A stretch of DNA of 64,000 bases from assembly GCA_964016885.1 (NCBI GenBank), contig OZ024744.1, positions 74,958,001 through 75,022,000 on the forward strand, given 5' to 3'. A model generated the notes under the pieces. That model was not told the DNA's origin. It searched no databases and saw only the letters and a program-made list of their open reading frames with translations. A program made the translations under genes and the position numbers. Origin of the DNA: Eledone cirrhosa (lineage: Eukaryota). This document shows, in pieces, positions 58,178-64,000 of the stretch. Position 1 is the first letter of the stretch. Every line of letters starts with the position of its first letter.

Positions 58178-58812
58178 ATTGTTATGCTTTGGGAGGGTCA
58201 TGTTGCCAATAAGAAACACACGCACCAGTTCCTTTCACTCCAATTTATTAGATGTCAAATTTATAAATTTAAGAATTTATAAATTTCCGGTTGGCTGGTT
58301 CCACAACCGGACGGTTATACATATATTGTCAAAGTTCACACATTCTCTGACCTCTTCAGTGACTGAGGATTCTTTTCTTTGTTTTTGTGCCTCTCCTTTG
58401 TTCTGTCGTACACCATCTCGTTTTTGTGTGTGTTGTGTGCTTAGTTTGCGCATGTGTTACATCCGGATGTCTGTGTGTGTTTATATTTGTTTATTTATTT
58501 GTTTATTTACATGTTACTGGTTGGTTGTTTGTTCTATGTGTGTGTGTGTTTTCATTTTGTCCTTAATTGTAAGTTGTGATGTTGTTATTCCATTCATATT
58601 TTCTATTTAATTTTGGTTGGAGTTCATTTATGTTTATTGCCTCTGTGATTTGTCTAAACATTGCGTCTTTTCTGTGTGTAGATGCTATTTTTATTTCTAT
58701 GTTCTCTAATTTACGCTTATGTTCTATTTTAGCATGGTGGCAGAGTACAGATGATTCTTTTCTATCTTGAAAATCTCGCCAGTGTTCATTTATCCGTTCT
58801 CCTATACTACTT
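58178..58812 (-). mobile_element. Family B PLE 3' fragment (GIY-YIG C-terminus plus UTR; HHR partly deleted)
   Basis: SIGERINEH..MFRQITEAINI..PKLNRKYEW. Confidence 0.88.
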
Positions 58813-59046
58813 TTCAAATGAATCACTGACTTGATTTTCTCATTTTTCCCTCTCCTTACGTTGCCTCACCATCCTTATTTGTTCACCTGTCACTCTTTCT
58901 ACACCCAATTCTTTTCATCCCAATAACTTATTTTAGTTATTGTTCGCGCTAGCCTGAGGTATCTGATCTTTAATGCGAAGAAATACCTTTGATGGCTAGT
59001 AGATCACTGATGATAGATTGTCCTGGCTTCTCTTTCTAATTTTTAC

Positions 59047-59111
<65 letters not shown>

Positions 59112-59118
<7 letters not shown>

Positions 59119-59532
59119 CGAAATATAAGTCAATTGCATGAACTCATAATCCTTTATTTACTGCTATATATATTTCGATGATAGCCATTGAATGGCTATG
59201 ACCTCATCAGACAGTTAGTCAGTTCTTAGATATGCCAGCTCTGTGTTTATAGTGTCGATGGTATCAGAGCCTTGGGACATATCTCGCAAGGCTCTGATAC
59301 CATCGACACTATAAACACAGAGCTGGCATATCTAAGAACTGACTAACTGTCTGATGAGGTCATAGCCATTCAATGGCTATCATCGAAATATATATAGCAG
59401 TAAATAAAGGATTATGAGTTCATGCAATTGCCTTATGTTTTGTCACTATTATAACTCCGGAACCTATATCTTGGTTGAGTGCTCCCTATCTGCATACTGA
59501 AGTACTGGATTTTACCAACACTTACTTTCTTG

Positions 59533-59537
<5 letters not shown>
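59112..59537. mobile_element. Young palindromic cassette (163-bp arms, 59112-59449) with two identical hammerheads
   Basis: HHRs 59160-59215(-) and 59346-59401(+): ACTGT-CTGATGA-GGTCATAGCCATT-C-AATGGCTATCATC-GAAAT-ATAT-ATA-GCAGT. Confidence 0.9.
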
Positions 59538-59622
<85 letters not shown>

Positions 59623-60194
59623 AGGGAGAGAGAGAGAGAGAACGTGAAGTTGGAAAATATATTTTAGGGTCTGTTTTTCTTTATTTTCCGTTCTTTGATT
59701 CGTCAAGTGACATTATTGAAAACAAGAGAGGGACAATTCTTTTCAAAAAGAGTTTTATAATGTATATAAATGTATATAATGTAGATATTACCAGTTTCAA
59801 ATTATTAGTAAAATTCATCTTATCAACTATTACAATTAAAAATAATTTATGACAATTACAAACTAAAAATTAAAGATTTAAAATTAAGGGATAAGTTTTT
59901 TTCATGGGCAAAGTTGGGCAAACAGCTTTGGAATTTGTAGATGAGTAACTTTGGAATGAAATGTTGACTTATCACTGTCGTGGTCTCTTAGAAACAGGGC
60001 TCTTTCTCGGCGATTTCTGTTGTTGCCAGCATCAGTAGGTCCCGATGGGAATGGTGCACGTCTTCGTGTTGGTAGCTGTGAGGATGCTGAGGAGGAAGGG
60101 GATGAAGAATTTGAAGCTCTATGTCCAATAACAGTGTTGTCAGGGGAACGATTTCAATGATGCCATAGCTTCTGTAATGGCAGTTGGCTTTGAG

Positions 60195-60228
<34 letters not shown>

Positions 60229-60427
60229 ATATATATAAATATTTATATATATAGCTTGAAAATGAACAAGCATAACACAGGAGGCTATTGTACACTCACA
60301 CAGAAAGAGAGAGAAGGGGGGATTGAGAGACCAAGAGAAAGAGAAAGAGGCGGTTGGTCTCACCGTTGGTATTTTATCTCTTTACGACACACACAATCAC
60401 AAGAAGACACCCGAACGCAAACCCCTC

Positions 60428-60459
<32 letters not shown>

Positions 60460-60500
60460 ATATGCACAAGTCATTAGAGATATACATATATATATATATA

Positions 60501-61807
60501 TTTAATACAATAACAGAGATAGTTTAAAGCTAAACTCTGACTGGTAACCATCTCACTCAACAAACATTAGGTTATATTGAAATATAAACCCAATTTAAGT
60601 GTTTGGGGTGCTAACAAAATGTATAATTTGGAAAAACCAGTTGTATTATTTTATGAGATATAATTAAAGTTAAAGTATATCTCTCTTTCCAAACAATTGT
60701 TTCATTATAAGTTTTATACAAGTTTAGGAGAATGTTTCCAGTTTATGTAGAAGCCTAATATATATTCATGTAAGAATATATTTAGGTGGGCACTTATAAA
60801 TCGTCAGTGGAAGCCCATTAAACATTGATATAAGAAAACAATTTCTTACCGCTGTCAAAAATCATGTCCGTAAAGTAGCTCTCTCTCACCTCGAATGACC
60901 GCCAAATTTGAAATTCCAGCAGTTTTTGACTGAGGAAGTATCATAGCGACACGAAGCGGGAAGGGGAGACAACCCACGAAATGAGGAAAAAAATAATATA
61001 CACGCGGGTTAATTATTTTTTTGAAAACATTATCAATCCGACGTGTTTAAGAACTCAATTGAAAATAAAAAAATAAATATATGCTTGTATAAATTACACA
61101 CGCATATAGATATTTTCTTAGGCTAAATCAGAAGTTGTACCCGAATAAGAACCGCTTCTCATAACCGCAGTAAATGCAGAAAGTTATGCTATAAAGGGCA
61201 AATGGGAATATAATTCTCCGGCCGAAATATTAAGAGTAAAATATAAAACACACGCGGGTTAATTAGTTATTACAAAACCAATATTAGTTCCTCGTGTAAA
61301 GAACTCAATTAATAAAAGAAAATAAATACACATATGGATGTAATTATATACGTAGGCATATAAATATATATTTTCCTAGGCTGAAAAACAGAGAAGTTAC
61401 AACCAAAAAAAAGCCACAATATTTCACAACAGTAATAAATACGGAAAGTCAAATTCATAAGGTACCTGGAAATAAACACCTCTGGCCAATCAAGAGTAAA
61501 TATTTAATACAATAACAGAGATAGTTTAAAGCTAAACTCTGACTGGTAACCATCTCACTCAACAAACATTAGGTTATATTAAAATATAAACCCAATTTAA
61601 GTGTTTGGGTGCTAACAAAATGTATAATGTGGAAAAACCAGTTGTATTATTTTATGAGATATAATTAAAGTTAAAGTATATCTCTCTTTCCAAACAATTG
61701 TTTCATTATAAGTTTTCTACAAGTCTGGGAGAATGTTTCCAGTTTATGTAGAAGCCTAATATATATTCATGTAAGAATATATTTAGGTGGGCACATATAA
61801 ATCGTCA
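60501..61807 (-). mobile_element. Non-coding unit of about 1001 bp bounded by about 306-bp HHR-containing direct repeats (retrozyme-like)
   Basis: 60501-60806 matches 61503-61807; no ORF of 60 aa or more inside; one end lies in (TA)n. Confidence 0.8.
60687..60812 (-). ncRNA. Type I hammerhead with 97-nt domain II (family E)
   Basis: TTCCA-CTGACGA-T-TTATAAG...CTTATAA-T-GAAAC-AATT-GTT-TGGAA; the second copy 61688-61807 is truncated within the core. Confidence 0.85.
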
Positions 61808-61867
61808 TGTTGATTTAAAACTGCACTATCCACAAGTGTTTTTAACCTTCATATCATGTCTTCCTAG

Positions 61868-61932
61868 TTTATCTGATGAAAACAAAAATGTTATTGCATG
61901 ATGATATTTGTTTTTGAAATGCGCATAATAAA
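61868..61932 (+). ncRNA. Type I hammerhead (family L)
   Basis: TTTAT-CTGATGA-AAACAAA...TTTGTTT-TT-GAAAT-GCGC-ATA-ATAAA. Confidence 0.75.
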
Positions 61933-61963
61933 ATACCTGGAACTCGTTTAACCATCTTTTGAT

Positions 61964-63472
<1,509 letters not shown>

Positions 63473-63475
63473 TGT

Positions 63476-63561
<86 letters not shown>

Positions 63562-64000
63562 CGCGTGTGTGTGTATGTAGTGAATATATGTATGTACATA
63601 TACCCGGTTGTGTGTGTGCGTGCCTGCCTTACCATATTATGAATAGGTGTGCTCCTTTATGTTTACATGTGTTGAATTTAATACTATCTTATACGTTAAT
63701 GTCTGTATCTTTTTTGACTATAAGTATACACAAAAATACAAAATTACGTGTACATGCACATACGCACACAAATACTTATCAACGTGAATGAGTAATCACC
63801 CATAAATTACGTTTAAAAAGAATGCAAGAATTATGGTGTTTCTCTTATTTCAATGAGCAAAACATTTCCGTTTACAGAGGCATAATCGTTTCACAGTTAA
63901 AATTAAATGAATGTTCAATAAAATTGCAGTTATTTTCCCTTTTACCACTTTCTGTCTTATTTTTCAAATAAATAGTTAATACATATTGCCAACACTAGCG

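Overview
AT-rich, microsatellite-saturated animal genomic DNA. The SINE, Penelope and Helitron content suggests an octopod cephalopod (inference from remembered repeat sequences, not a search result). No host protein-coding gene could be supported; most ORF-track hits are (TA)n/(CA)n translation artefacts. The window is dominated by Penelope-like retroelements (PLEs): one near-intact RT+GIY-YIG copy at 13150-15935, decayed copies of at least two lineages, and many short non-coding pLTR pieces, often palindromic, sitting in (TA)n. It also holds tRNA-derived SINEs, Helitrons, RTE and R4/Dong LINE fragments and DNA-transposon fossils. The main result of reading both strands by eye is about 40 type I hammerhead ribozyme (HHR) motifs from about 16 sequence families; more than 20 keep the canonical CUGANGA/GAAA/UH core. 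Several have 40-100 nt expanded domain II. Two non-coding HHR-delimited repeat units (about 423 nt and about 1001 nt) look like retrozymes and are candidate circular RNAs. Self-complementary double-HHR cassettes and two families with non-canonical cores are also present. No folding or database search was run, and boundaries of decayed repeats are approximate.
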